Source: Octopus vulgaris
Lineage: Eukaryota
Assembly: GCA_951406725.2 (NCBI GenBank)
Contig: OX597828.1
Location: 71,114,001-71,178,000, forward strand
Length of the DNA: 64,000 bases
Reading direction: 5' to 3'
Made by a program: the position numbers and the translations under genes
Shown here: in pieces, positions 12,491 to 26,200 of the stretch
Position numbering within the stretch: position 1 is the first letter of the stretch
Layout of the letters: each line of letters opens with the position of its first letter
The notes under the pieces: generated by a model
The model's database searches: none
The model's input: the letters and a program-made list of their open reading frames with translations, nothing else
What the model was told of the DNA's origin: nothing

Positions 12491-14127
12491 ATTATGTCAC
12501 CTCTAACTCTTTTCTACCATTCCACACCCAAATATCATCCACATGTTTAATAGAGGCCTTCCATTAATTCTTCATTGATTCCATAAAGCCAGACTGAAAA
12601 CATCCTTCAGTAGATTTCTGTCTCTCATCCCTCTTCAACAGCAAAAGGTCTCAGCCACTGCACTCTCCCTTAAACATTATCATCCCCTCCTCTCCCCTTA
12701 AGCATTATCACATCTCTTACCTTTTCCTCCTCCACTCCCCTGAAACATTATCACACCTCCCTCCCCTTAAACATCACACCTCTCCCATCTCCCCTTATGC
12801 AACTAGAACTCTTGACCCCATCATCACCGATGATCTCTCTCCTGTCAACCACATACCCTAAAACATAACAAATACTCCCTCACAAATATTGCTTTTCCTC
12901 TTAAGGCCCAGGGAAATACTTCAGCTCCCAACAGCTACTAACCCTCTACAAAGACCCACAATTGTGCATCGATCCAATATCTGAATAAAGGGCCCATAAA
13001 AACGTTTTCCTACGGGGGTGTGATGATTTCCTCTCACCAACACAACCGCCATCACAAAACATTCACCCTTTGGAGTCTTATGGAAGTCACAACAAATGCT
13101 GGTTACACTCCCTCTAACGATCTTTCCTGGGGACCCCACATACATAAAATGTTTCCACTCTGGTTAATTACTCTCTCTCTCTCTACTCACTTGAATTAAG
13201 TTCCACAAAGGTACGGTGGTTAGACACGCAAACAACGAAGACTGCATTACAAATAATACCAGACTAAGTCCTGAACACATTACAACGTCTGGCCCACACA
13301 TTATATGTTGTATCCTCTCCCTGCTTAATATACCACTTCTACAACCGCCTCTGCTCCTCTGAACTACATAGTTGTGCACCACCTCCATGCAACAGACCCG
13401 TCCCCTGCCTCCGTCATCCAAATTGTGTTTTACTGACCCTTCGTAGCCAGGTGCAGGTCGTTATTTAACAACAGCCCTTATCTTCAACCTTGAACCTTTT
13501 AGAGTTTTATTAAATATTTGTTTTCCAAAATAACTCGGGGAAACCTGACGCACAAGTTTTGTTTCTCCTCTCTAAACCGGAGACATGTCGACATAAGAAA
13601 TTTATCAATAAACAGAATAAAGCACAATTTAACATTCCATGCTGAACAGTCTAGAACCAAACGAAGTGAAACAAATAGTTATGGTGTTTATATATCGCCA
13701 GTTAAGCAACACTAAATTACAAAACATGTCACGGCCCTTCAAACTGCGACCTTTCCTGTTGAGAAATGGAACATTTTTACCGCGGGAATTTGTCGGTTGC
13801 TAGCCTCGAACCAAACTGCAATGTTTTACACAATAATTCGTTTTATTTAATTATAACTTTTAAATTTCAAATTTTAATTTACAATTCCCATTCGTAATTT
13901 ATATTTTCATTTCCAGAAAGTTATCAAAATAGTAACATTATTAATACAAAAAGTAATTCTGTGTGTGTAACATAAAAAAAAAGTTGTAATTCTCTTCCCA
14001 GAGTTCCGTTATCAGACCATGCTGTTATTTAGCCTCGATCCAGGTTGTAGTCAGATGTGATTTTTTTTTCTCGAAATTCTTGGTTTTTTTGCTCCATTTT
14101 TCCCTCTTGAAAGTAATTCACTGCAAC

Positions 14128-15252
14128 ATGGAATTGTCTCCTGAACATCTCAAACAACTGCGTTCTTTCGTGGAAGCATGCAAACTAAATCCTAACCTTT
14201 TATATATGCCAAATTTGGAATTTTTCCGTCGTTGGATTGAAGAAATGGGAGGAAAGATCCCGGCCAAGACCGAGGAAGCCCCTAAAGCTCCTCCGAAAGA
14301 AACTCCACCACCTGCAGAAGCCGAGGAACCAAAACAAGAGGCAACCAGCGAAGAAAATGTGTCGGAAGAAAGTGAAGAGAGTGAAATTGAATTGGATAAT
14401 TCTGGTGTTGTGGAAGATGACGAAGATTTTGACCAAAAGTTTGGGGATGAAACCCTGGAAATTACCGACGAAATGATTGAACTGGCAAATGACAAACGCA
14501 ATGAGGCTTTAGATGCCATGGCCAACGGAGATTACGAAAAAGCTATCGAATTATTGACCATTGCTATTCAGAACAACCCGACATCGGCCAACCAGTATGC
14601 CAAGAGGGCCTCTGTCTTCATCAAAATGCTAAAACCTAACGCTGCTATCAGAGATTGTGAGAAAGCCATTCTACTCAACCCAGACTCAGCACAGCCTTAT
14701 AAATGGCGAGGCAAGGCCCAGGGTTTGTTGGGTAAATGGGAACAGGCTTACCAAGATCTCTCTACTGCTTGTAAACTTGACTACGATGACGATGCTTACA
14801 AAATGTTACAAGACGTCACCCCAAATGCCAAGAAGATCCAAGAACACAGGCGTAAGTATGAATTGAAACGTGAAATGAAAGAAATGAAACAGCGGAAAGA
14901 AAGAATTCGTAAAGCCAGGGAGGAATACGAAAAGGCTAAAGGTCAGTCTGGATCAAGTGGCACAGGTGCTTCCACTGGAGGCGGCTTTGGCATGCCCGGG
15001 GGTTTCCCTGGTTTCCCAGGAGCTGGTGGTCCGGGTAGTGGACCGGGTGGCATCGATATCTCTCAACTCCTCAGCGACCCTGATATTTGTTCAGCACTTC
15101 AAGATCCAGAAATCGCTGCAGCATTCCAAGACGTCAGTTCCAATCCAGCCAACATAGGTAAATATCAAAATAATCCTAAAGTTCAAAAAGTGATTAACAA
15201 ACTTGCTGCTAAATTCGGTGCCCCTAATCCTCCTCAGGGGGGCAGTTTCTAA
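14128..15252 (+). CDS. ST13: Hsc70-interacting protein Hip/ST13, 374 aa, single coding exon
   Basis: ATG in context gcaacATGg at 14128, TAA at 15250-15252. N-terminal dimerisation domain ([38 protein letters not shown]), acidic linker, three TPRs ([14 protein letters not shown]...[10 protein letters not shown]), charged coil, GGF/GMPGG tract, C-terminal STI1/DP domain ([27 protein letters not shown]). Confidence 0.97.
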   Translation: MELSPEHLKQLRSFVEACKLNPNLLYMPNLEFFRRWIEEMGGKIPAKTEEAPKAPPKETPPPAEAEEPKQEATSEENVSEESEESEIELDNSGVVEDDEDFDQKFGDETLEITDEMIELANDKRNEALDAMANGDYEKAIELLTIAIQNNPTSANQYAKRASVFIKMLKPNAAIRDCEKAILLNPDSAQPYKWRGKAQGLLGKWEQAYQDLSTACKLDYDDDAYKMLQDVTPNAKKIQEHRRKYELKREMKEMKQRKERIRKAREEYEKAKGQSGSSGTGASTGGGFGMPGGFPGFPGAGGPGSGPGGIDISQLLSDPDICSALQDPEIAAAFQDVSSNPANIGKYQNNPKVQKVINKLAAKFGAPNPPQGGSF

Positions 15253-18200
15253 GACAGTATCAAGCAGCTTGCATGTTTATCCTCCTCATTTAGCTTGCAG
15301 TTGCATTTGAGCTGTAATATTGATTGATATTTCCTGCAAGTGAGCGAACTGTTGTAGTTCTGTCGCAGACATTTTACTCCACTGAAGCTGTCAATATACA
15401 CATAAAACAGTAATTCCAGAGAAAAACCACTACACATGCTAGACAAACGACCCCGAACTGCTGTTACAACACCCCAAAGTTGTACCTTATTTGCAGTTGC
15501 TCACTTTATCTCTCTCTTTCTTTCTTTCTCTCTCTCTCTCTCTCCACAACAACCTGTCCACCTCTTTGCTTTTGCCTTTCTCTCACAAAAGCCATCCCCC
15601 CTTTCAATTCCATACAAAAATACATCCTACCAATTTATCTGTATTTTTCTACTGTTTTATTACTTTAATTAACATTGGTTTATCTCAAATCTTTGACCAA
15701 CCACAAAATAACTTTCGTTACTAGAGAAGATGAGGGTTTCTTTTTTTTTTTCTTCTTTTTTTTTTCCCTTTTTATGTTTGGGGTCCTTTTATGTTCTGTC
15801 TCAAGCATTGACGTAAAATACTTTTTTCCTAAGTTATATATATTCTGTCTTGAAATGTTAAGAAACATTTTCCCTTTTTTTTATATTCGACTTGCTAGAA
15901 ATAGCAGCCAAACTACATCCTGCTGTCTTGAAGGAACACGTTCAATAATGTTTGTCCCAGGTTGACTACCTGGGGGAAAAAAAAAGAGGGGATGGTCACA
16001 GCTGGAATGCCTTTCATGCGGGCTGACCAGGGGAGGGGACTGAACAGGATTTTAGGAGCCAGACCTCGCTGAAGTCAACTTTACTTTTCATCCTTCTAAG
16101 GTTGCTAGAAGACGGTGCCAACTCTGTCCTGGGGTCGATGCCATCGACTAATCCCTTCCCCTCAAAATTGCTGGCCTGTAAGTAAATTAGAAATGACCAT
16201 TATTAATAATAATAATCAATAGTTAAAACTTCCTGAAATGTTTTGCAATTTCTAGCTTCACTAAGTTTTCTTTAATGTCCCAACCGGGACGGGCAACCTC
16301 GGGTTTACCAGAACCTTCTATGTTAACAAATAGAATTTAAATGAATAATGCTCCCTCATGTCAATAGCTAGCTGTCTTGCAATATACACTGCACACGTAT
16401 TTGCATGTGCGGTGCATTTTGCCCCTCTCGCAGTTAGGGGTTTACTTTGCAGTGTCAGCTCACCCAGACTCTTTCCTAAAACTGCTCGTGTAGGCCCATC
16501 ACGTTTCTTTTTCACCGAAACAATGTTTATTGATCTCTCAAGAGAAGAAAATAAAAAAAAAAACAGCAAAACATTAGCAAAACTCCAGTGTAGTTTGAAC
16601 CCGTTTCCCCGGTATAACGAACTGGTTATGTAGGTTCAAATCTAGATTATGTCTAGTTCTAATTAATTATGAGATATTATTTCTTAGTAAATGAAATTTT
16701 TTACTGATGTTTCTGAAAACTTTATTTTCTTTCTCTATTTTTTTTTTCTCCTTTTTTTTTTCCTGCAAATTTTTTTTCTGATAATAAAAATGTTGGAAAA
16801 GATTATTTTCTATTTTTTCTCTCTCTTCTGCTCAACTTCCTCTTCATTTCATGTTTTTTCATTAAGTTTCTTCACTAAATCATGTTTAGACGGGTTTTGC
16901 GAGATGCTTGACACATGGCCAACTTCTGCCGAGGGTGGGGTGCTTCAGTTTAATATTCATATTGCAAGTATGTACACACACACACACACACACACACATA
17001 CTACACATACGTGTAACCCTTACCATAGTTCTTTGGCTGGACCGACCCCTGTGTGTGTGTGTGTATATGTGTGAGTGAATATACACACGCACACATACAC
17101 GACTGGTGGGTTTGCAGGCTGAGTTTAAAATTCCTGGTGGCGTGTGGCCCTTCACGTTCTTTTCAGTAGAATTATATTTAATAGAATCCTGTGATCCAAA
17201 GTTAAGACACATTTTGATGGTCAAATGTTGCCTGGGGAGGGATTTTGCTGTCGTTTCTAGCAGGTCGAATAAACTACGTAAAACTAACAAGCAAGCTTTT
17301 ACATGGTCGCATGCCTGCTAGAAATAGCAGCCACTCTCTCTCTCTCGTCATAATTACTGTTTATGAGTGCTGAAGTCCTTATTTTATCGTCCTAAAACAA
17401 AATATTCATAAAGTTAAGAAATGATTATTAGCTGTCCGTCATTTAACACATTTTAATTAGAATCATTATTATTGAATGCTTTCAAAGGGCACTGTTGGAC
17501 AACACGGGTCCCATCGGACTTGATGTATTTGTGTAAGCTAGCATATATCGATCCACGAACTACAACAGCTTGTTTTGTTGGTGGAAATAAAGATATTATT
17601 ATTTCTGCCACGATATCTATCGTCCTTAACCCGTTCCTGTGTGTCGCATTCGATGCACTGGACGGATTTCCCTGGCATCCATACATTTATATATATATTT
17701 CATACACTTCGTCATTTTTTTTCTTCTTTTTCATCACCGGAGTAACGTGGAACTTATGAAAGAAAGGAAAACCTTAAATTACTCAGAACCCATAAAAACA
17801 AGGACCGACTAAGAATTCGAAATCAAACATGGATGTCTGTAACAAACTCGTGAGCGCACTTTGAAGAGGCAAAGGGTTAATAAATGGATATAATGTGATG
17901 TGTTGGTACTTGGAGGTACACAACATGGTTCAAAGTTTGGTTTAGTTTTCAGCAATGAATTAATTGAAGACGCAGATCAGTAGTTGGCTTTTTTTTTTTT
18001 TTTTACCTATGGACCTTTTGGATAATTGTCTTGCTCCTCTACTGCACCCCCAGGTTAAAGAAAATTCTATTTTATATTTATTAATTAGGAATTGTGTATA
18101 AAAAAAAGAAGTTTAAGATGTGTGTTGTAGAAGTTAAATCACTTTATTATTGCTCTTAAACTTGACAAAATCTTTCTATGGACAAAGTTGAGAATCGTTG

Positions 18201-20103
18201 CATTAAATAAATATAGTTTGTAGTTCATGGTCGGAATAAGGTTTGGTTATAGATCTGCTTGTTTAGTGTTTCATCCTATTTTTAAAAAAGCACAAACATA
18301 TCGTATGTCGGTGTATGGAAAAGAAATGCCTTTCCTGTCTTTTTTATTTATGTATTTCTAGAAAAATGTTTTTTATAATTTTTAAACTTTTTCCCTTTAA
18401 GGACGTTGTTCCTGCGTTCAATTGAGTTATCTCCCTTGTCAGACACTCATTATTTCTGTCCGTTTTAGTTTTGCATGGGTTTGATGGGTCTTCTCCACCC
18501 CACCCCAAAAAAACTTTAGTATCTCATCGTTCGTACGGGGTTAAGCCTCAAGACCAGTCTTCACCACTTCTTTTTTTATCCACAGATTCTTCCCCTCCTC
18601 CCCGCCATTTTTTTCTTCACCCTCAACCAAGATTCTACGACCACCACCGCTGTCCCTTTCTATCCTTTGTCGTCCATCTACGCTGACATTGACGCATCCG
18701 GCAAAAAACACTTCGCTCGCTTATTGCTTTCCCGCCCTCGCTCAAATCCTCTGCATTCGCTGCCATGCAACGTTGCACTTCATTTACAAGATTCATATAA
18801 GAGCCACCCCTTCGTTCTAAGATTACAGAATCCCTTTGTTGCCAGCAGTGCTATCAACTCCCTGAACTTTTCACCCCGTCTATTATACTCTTTCAGGACA
18901 CCCACCTCCACTGATAATTGGGTCACCAAGGCAACGGAAGTCGTCGACGACTTGTAGAGTCTACCCGGGGTATTATAATAAGTAGTTTTTGGCATGGATC
19001 CTATCAATACTCGCGTTTATTTATTCAGTTAAGGGTGGCGGACAATAGCACATGGGGAAGGGAATGAGTAGGGGATGGGGGCAAATGTTGAATTTTAAAT
19101 CCTGGAACAGAAGTGTTTTTAGAATAGTAATTCCTGTTATAGATGAGAGTAATATTAAGAAATTAAGGGAGGGGGGGTTGTGTGGTAAAAAGTTTGCTTT
19201 CCAACCGCATGGTTCCGCGTTCGGTCCCACTGCGCAGCACCTTGGGCAAATAGATTTGGTAGACAGAAACTAAAAGAAAACCGTCATATATGATATGTGT
19301 GTGTGTTTATGTTTATCCCCCACCACCGCTTGGCAACCGGTGTTGGTTTGTTTGTTCCTGTAACATAGCGGTTCAGCCACACAGCGATAGAATAAGTGTC
19401 AGTTTTTTTGGGGTTTTTTTAACTACTGCGGTCGATCCATTCGACTAAAACTTTTTCAATGCGGTGCCCCAGCATGGTCCCGGTCTGATCACTGAAACCT
19501 GTGAATAAGGGAGCCTATGTGTTGCATAGCTTGACTTGTTAGAAATAGGGACAGTGTCACCTCCATCATTTCAACTGTGGAGGCCATGGTCGGTTAGAAA
19601 TAACAGCCAAGTCCTCAAATCGTACCTCACCAGCTTAAAACGTGATACTAAAATAGACGAGGTGATCTCATTTGGAATGTCTGGTTATAGTGATGCTCAA
19701 TTAGGGTTAACCTGGGGCTAAACAACATATTCCAGAATTTTTAGAAAAAAAGCTTCCACATAACGCCGTATCTACTAGAAATAGTAGCTAAATATCTTAG
19801 ATGATGATACCTTACTGTATTGAAAAAGGAGGGACACAGGGTAGTAGTGTAGTCCAAGACATGTAATACCTGAGTGGACAGGAATGGTCATGCATGGCAA
19901 GTCTCCTTGACCTCAGCCAAGGTGAGCAGGGTTAAACAACTAAGGTATGCACACATATATAAATGAAGTATGGGGTTTAGTTCACAGGTGAGCTAAGCGA
20001 TTAGGTACGCTAGATAAGCAGTGTAACGGATTAGTAGGGCTCCAAGGTTATATCCGAGACGGTAGTTATGGAAACATTACAGGTTTCCGATGCAGCGGAT
20101 ATC

Positions 20104-20225
20104 TAATTGTTAAAGAGGACAGCAAACGTTAAAGCAAGGCAAATATCTCGAGTCGTGTACAATATTGTAGACGACTTGAGATGCTTGCTTTGCCTTAAAT
20201 GTTTGTTGTCCTCTTTAACAATTAT
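20104..20225. repeat. Spacer-less palindrome of about 120 bp at the end of an unclassified repeat (~19960-20225)
   Basis: taattgttaaagaggac...gtacaat|attgtag...gtcctctttaacaatta; arms about 85% complementary by eye. Confidence 0.9.
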
Positions 20226-23200
20226 ATATATATATAATTCATCCGCCTCGGAGCGATAGTTGACTGCTAGAAATGGCAGCCAGATCTTCCGTCCTGAAGG
20301 ACAGATGCATTGGATAATGTGGTCCTTGATCCTACCTGGAAATGAGGTGGTATTTCTAACGGATGCATTTGCTCACACCTTTGATAAATTATGGTTGACT
20401 TAAGTGTAAATAACACGGACTCCTTTACAAAATTTTGATATGATTTCTTAATAATATATAACGTGTATGTCGATGTGTGGCCAGGAGTGGGGCTGGTCAT
20501 AAGTCTAAATTTATATTTTAATAATTTTAAGGGTTTTCATCTGTGGAGGTCATTGTTCTAGAAACTTCTAAATGTTGACTTGAGTTATCTCCCTTTACCC
20601 ACTCATTAGGTGGGAGCTAGAAATAGCAGTCAAATCTTCATGGTGAACTCAACCGTCAGAAGGACTTCTTCGATAATTGTAGAGCTTGAAAAAAAAATAT
20701 GGTAAAACAGGATGGTCGTGGTTGGAATGCCTTTGATCATAGGCCTCGTTAATGATAACTAGATGTCTTGTGGTAGTTATATCCCTTTTCTGTGGCCTTG
20801 AACCTCACAAACGGCAATTCAACTTTTCGTTGTACCGAGGTCGATTAAATAAAATTCCAGTCAATCGCAGACTGAGATCGATATAGTCGCATATTGCCGT
20901 TGATTGCTGTCAAACTGGATTTTTGTTTGTCCTGACCCTCCTTCCGCCCTCTCCCCTTTAATGCTCGTCGGTATTTTGTTTCTGAAAAGCTAAAACGTTT
21001 TTAACCAAATAAAATATGGATTTTTTCCCCCTTCTTTTTAATCCTATTAATCCCACATTTGATTGGAGATTAGAGGAGTTACTGGTGCAGTACAATATTT
21101 GTTTTGTAAATAAATTTTATCAGCTTCGTTTCATTTTCTGAAATGATTAAAATGGGTTTTTGTTCCAGTTTCAATTAAAGCTGGAAATGAAACGACCGTA
21201 TTTTGGGACATAAAAGACACATTCCACCATTTCAGCAGCGCATATTGAAGAGGCAAAAAAAGTTTTTAGTGTATTAGAATACGCGATATTCTATCTAACT
21301 TTGTGTATAAAACCAGCAGTTGATGGGGGGGGGGGGGGTATTTCATGAAATACGATATAAATATTATCACATCTTGATATACTTCATGTGTGTATACCAT
21401 AGGTGGGGTGTGTCCTTTTAATGCCTATGCCACACCTGGAACCAACCCTGAGTCGGATCTACAGTTTGAACTGGTTTTGCTACTTACATAGCAACAGTAT
21501 CCTCCCAACACATACCTCGTGGTTGTTTTACCTCACTGCGAACCCCATGTTATGGTACCTAGCCAATTCTGGCGTCCTACATGTTGATGCGCCTGGATTC
21601 TAATCAATCCTGTAACACATATGTAAACAGAATATATATATATACACACACAAAGAGAATACGTAAAGTAATGAAACTACATTTTGTAATCATCAGATTC
21701 CGATTTTGTTTAGTATTTTAAAGAGTTCTATTTGAGAGTTTTTAAAATTTGTTTTAATAGGTTCTGGATCTTTGCTGTTGAACAAACACTACAACGACCG
21801 TTTATTTAATTTTTTTAACGGCATTAATTAAAGTTAGAAGCCATAACTGTTAATAACCTCCTCGCTGGAACAAATGCCAGCCTGCACCCCCCTCCTCTTT
21901 CTGTTCCCGACTCGTTGAATGCCTGGCCTTGGGCTGACTGCTGATCATGAAATGGTGCTGTCAGCAATTTCCAGTTGTGCTGTTTTAGGTGCCAGTGTAC
22001 GATGTGCAACACTGGTGCACATGCCCCCAGACGCTGCCTGCAAATTACATAATGCTGTACACAAAACAACATGCCCATGGACTGTGTTTACCGTGTCAAA
22101 CGATGTCGTTAAGGTGTCAAACAGTTCACGCTTGGTTAACTATCTGGGCCAAGCTTTGATATACAAGACTACAAAACCACTGCCTCGTGACAACCGTCCC
22201 AAACCGACCACAATGTCACGCACATGCCGAGGTGGAAGTCATTGACCTGAGAGTGGAAGGAAGAGGAGGCGATTGAGATGCTTTGTCTAATTTACGTGCA
22301 AAGGCCGAACGCTCGACCTGTTCTGGTTTCATTCTGTTTATTTAATATGTGAGACACACAAAGGGTTAAATGTGTTTAAAAAGATTTAGACTTAACATTG
22401 AAGATTTTAAGTCCAAGGTTTCCAGCGTTTTATTTAAGCAGTGTATCTTTTTAGCTGCGGTCATGCTGGGGCACCGCCTTGAATTTCTTAGTTGAATGAA
22501 TTAACTCCAGTACTTTTTTTTTAAGCCTCTTTTGCTGAACCGCTAAGTTACGCGGACGTAAACACACCAACACTGGTTGTCAAGTGCTGGTAACAAACGC
22601 AGATACAAGTATATACGTACGTACACACCTATACGATAGGCTTCTTTCAGTTTCCGTCTACCAAATCCACTCAGAAGGCTTTGGTCAGCTCGAGGAGACA
22701 CTTCACGAAGATGCCACGCAATGAGAGTGAAGCAAGTACCAAGTGTTTGGCAAACCTGCTTCTTGCGACACGGCTCTTCCTGCGCCTACTGTAGAGGCTG
22801 CATGAACCAAAGTCATTTCTTTTAAGATAAGGGCAGCAGTTCCTCATTTTATTTATTGACACCCTGGAGAAAATTCTTTCTAATATTGACCTAAGACTAG
22901 TAATTCTGAGGGGAGGGGGAAGTTGACAACATTGAACCCTGTACTTAACTAGTAGGATGAAAAGCCGAACTTGGAATCTGAAGAAATGCCCCTAAGACTT
23001 TCATCCAACATGCCAGCTTGCTGCCTTAAAATAATTTTTGTCAGAGGTATCTGAGTGGGAGTTTCTGGATAGTCATTGGCAGGATACGAAGTCCAACCAA
23101 CAATAATCTATTAACCTGTGAAGCGTCTTGGTACCAAAGGAGTCCAGGTGACTCCTGAGGGCCCCAAACAGTCAGGGAGGACCCAAGACCTTTGCATAAT

Positions 23201-26200
23201 TCAAAAGCACCAGCTCACAATGTTTGGTCATGTTGCTTGATTTTTTTTTCCAAGTTAGTCTCTGCTCACTGAGGATCCAGCTGGGCTGACAGCTTGTGTT
23301 GGTTGATCGCAAAAACATGGTGACTAACCAGGACATTTTTGTTTAAAGGTTTGCCTGTGCCCCACCCCACACCTGACCTGATAGGTATCAGATAAGGGGG
23401 ACATTACAAGGACAGTTTGCAATTTGTATGGGGGGGGGTTACATAAAAGATGAGTGGGAGAGGAGGGTAAATGAAATAAACGGTGTAGATGGTATACAAA
23501 ATATGTGAACATGTTTATGATGTAATCCTTCTGATACAAAAGAACCTTCAACCAGGGCCAAGCATGGAAACCCCACCACCAAGGGTGTAACCCCCACCCA
23601 ACTGTTCTTTAATAATAATAATAATTGACACACTTAACACGGGACAGTTTGACTCATTTGTTTTCTGTTATTAAATGTAATATTCACATCATTATGAATT
23701 AATCCTGCATTATCTTGAAGCTTTGAGATTTCAATGATATGGTTAATTTTTTTTTTTTTTTTACATCTATCTGGTTGATTTATTTAGGCATAGTCTATCA
23801 AGGACTACATTATCTACTGTGTCCTTTTTTTCAAAATGTTTCATAGGATTATATTGGTTAATCTGTGCTAAAGGCCAGATCTTTTGTTTCTGGTTTAACT
23901 AGGAACACAGTGAAAGCCTGAAATAACTTTGTGTTTAATCACAAACGTGTCAAGATAACTGCCTTCTTTTGACTCAGCACAGAGATTCTCCATTTTAAGA
24001 GAGAAGAAAATATGTTATAATGTTGATGCTTTCCTTGGTAGCAGGAATTTCAGGAATTGAAACTATATCATTGGTTCTTTGAAAATTTTATTTCATCTCA
24101 CACATAGCTTTACTGTAGTTAGAGAATCCTTTCTCACTAATTTTTGAGTGCAACACTACCCACCTGCCTTTGGATACCTTTTCCCCTCAATTGAGAGGTG
24201 CTAGTTTTATGAGTTTGTGGGTGCTGGTGCCTCATGCAGAGCACCCCATACTGGTGTTGCATAAAAATCCTCCAGTACACTCTGTAAACTTTGCATTAGG
24301 CAGGGCATCCAGCCATGGAAACCATGTCAGAACAGACGGTGGAACCTGGTATAGCTCTACCTCTCTCTGGCTTGCCAGCTCCTTATCAAACCGTCCAACC
24401 CATGCCAGCAAAGCAAACGGACATTCAGTGATGGAATGCATTTTATTGCAAGCGTTTAGGTTTAATCACTGGGTTAAAGTTTATTTCTGTCTTCTAGTCT
24501 TTGAGTGTTGAGTCAGGAGCATTGATCTTTGACCTGTGACTAAATTAATGTGAAACAAATAGGCTTTTTGAAGGTATAGCAAGAAAAGACAAGACAATGC
24601 CATCATCCCGTTTTCAAACTAGACTCTATATTGCCTCGTATTGTGTAGGTAAGGCAGATTATTTCATGTATGTCTGCTTACCTGGGATTAAGTAGTATCA
24701 CCCTTGTGTCTCATGTGATTCGGTTGGATTTGCAGTTCGTGTGTTTCCAGGTTCAATCACACCCCTCAACACTTTGTGCAGCTACCATGGCCGAACTTTG
24801 GTAAGCGGAACATTGTGCAAAAGCCTGTCATATCTATATTCTTTGGGTCTGTTATTCCTTTACATTGCTTCAGTCATTTGGCTGTGGCCATGCTGGGGCA
24901 CCGCTTTAAAGGGTTTTAGTCGAATAAATCGACCCTAAGACTTATTCTTTGTAAGTAAGCCTAGTACTTGTTTTATCGGTCTCTTTTGCCGAAATGCTAA
25001 GTTACGGCGACATAAACACACCAGCATCGGTTGCAATTTCCGCCTACAAAATCCACTCAGCCCGAGTAAATAGTAGAAGACACTTGCCCAACGTGCCACA
25101 CAGTGGGACTGAACCCAGGACCATGTAGTTGGGAAGCAAGCTTTTCACCACACAGCTACGCCTTACGCATTTAAAAATTTAGCGAAAACCACAATTTAAG
25201 ATAAAGTACTTAATATTTTGTGTGTGTATTCGTCAGCTGCGAGAATTGGTAGATTGAAATAAAAATGTGCAATTCTTGTCTCACTGAGTTGTCTCCCCTT
25301 AGACCATTGTCCTTGACATTTCGTCTCCTAAACGACAGAGAAGATACTGCGATCGGCAATATTGACTAAAACCCCTTCAGAATTGATTCTCTGCCATGAC
25401 CCCTAGACCAATGACTGTAACCAGCAAAAGAAGAAAGAAATCTACCTGTTTTGCAGCATGTCTGTAAGAGCTGTCCTGTTCCGTGCAGCCTTATCAAAAG
25501 ATGTCCCTCCATTCAAGTCTCAGACGAAAGTTTTCTATTTTTAAACTCGGTCACCCGATGGGTCAAGTTGACCTTTCGGCTGCTGGGGCGAGGATAACAG
25601 CATGAGCCTAGTAGACGGGTCTACTGTAGTAATTGGTACCACCCTCTGGAGTAAAGTAGGGAGAAATTATATTTGGTTACTAGAGACAATAGGGGAGGGG
25701 GGTGAGGTGTTTTAATTAAAACTAATTTTCAGAAAATATTTAATTCCTATGTTAGTTGTTTCAGTCAGTTTGACTACGGCTATGCTGGAGCACCACCTTT
25801 AGTCAAAGAAATCGACTCCAGGACTTATTCTTTGTAACCCTAATACTTGTTCTATTGGTCTCTATTTGCTGAACCACTAAGTTATGGGGACGTAAACACA
25901 CCAACACCAGTTGTCAAGCGATGTTGGGGGGACAAATACACAAATCGTCTACCAAATCCACTCTCAAGCCCAAGGCTATAGTTGAAGACACTTGCCCAAG
26001 GTGCCATGCAGTGGGACTGAACCCAGAACCATGTGGTTGGGAAGCAAGGTTCTTGCCACACAGCCACTCCTGTGCCTATGTAAACCATCTGTTGATATTA
26101 GCGGTCAAAATTCCATAATTCTTTCTACAATAGGCACAAGGCTTGAAATCTTTTAGAGGATGGGGTGGGGGCTAGTTAATTACATCAACCCCCAGTACTC

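Larger units (their letters stand above)
10900..13260 (+). mobile_element. Fragmented old LINE reverse-transcriptase relic carrying nested MITE, SINE and CR1 insertions
   Basis: C-rich degenerate coding-like sequence with remnants of KA.G.D (11087-11105), NY.PI (11248-11265) and QGS...PTL..LFIN (12020-12066) motifs. Confidence 0.55.

Noticed and set aside
13905-14080. Heat-shock elements upstream of ST13 (TTCCAGAA, TTCTCGAA)
   Set aside because: Only two-unit nGAAn inversions, expected by chance in AT-rich DNA.
14080-14127. 16-aa N-terminal extension of ST13 in the ORF track
   Set aside because: Starts at TTG in a T-rich tract; Hip homology begins at ATG 14128, which has a good context.
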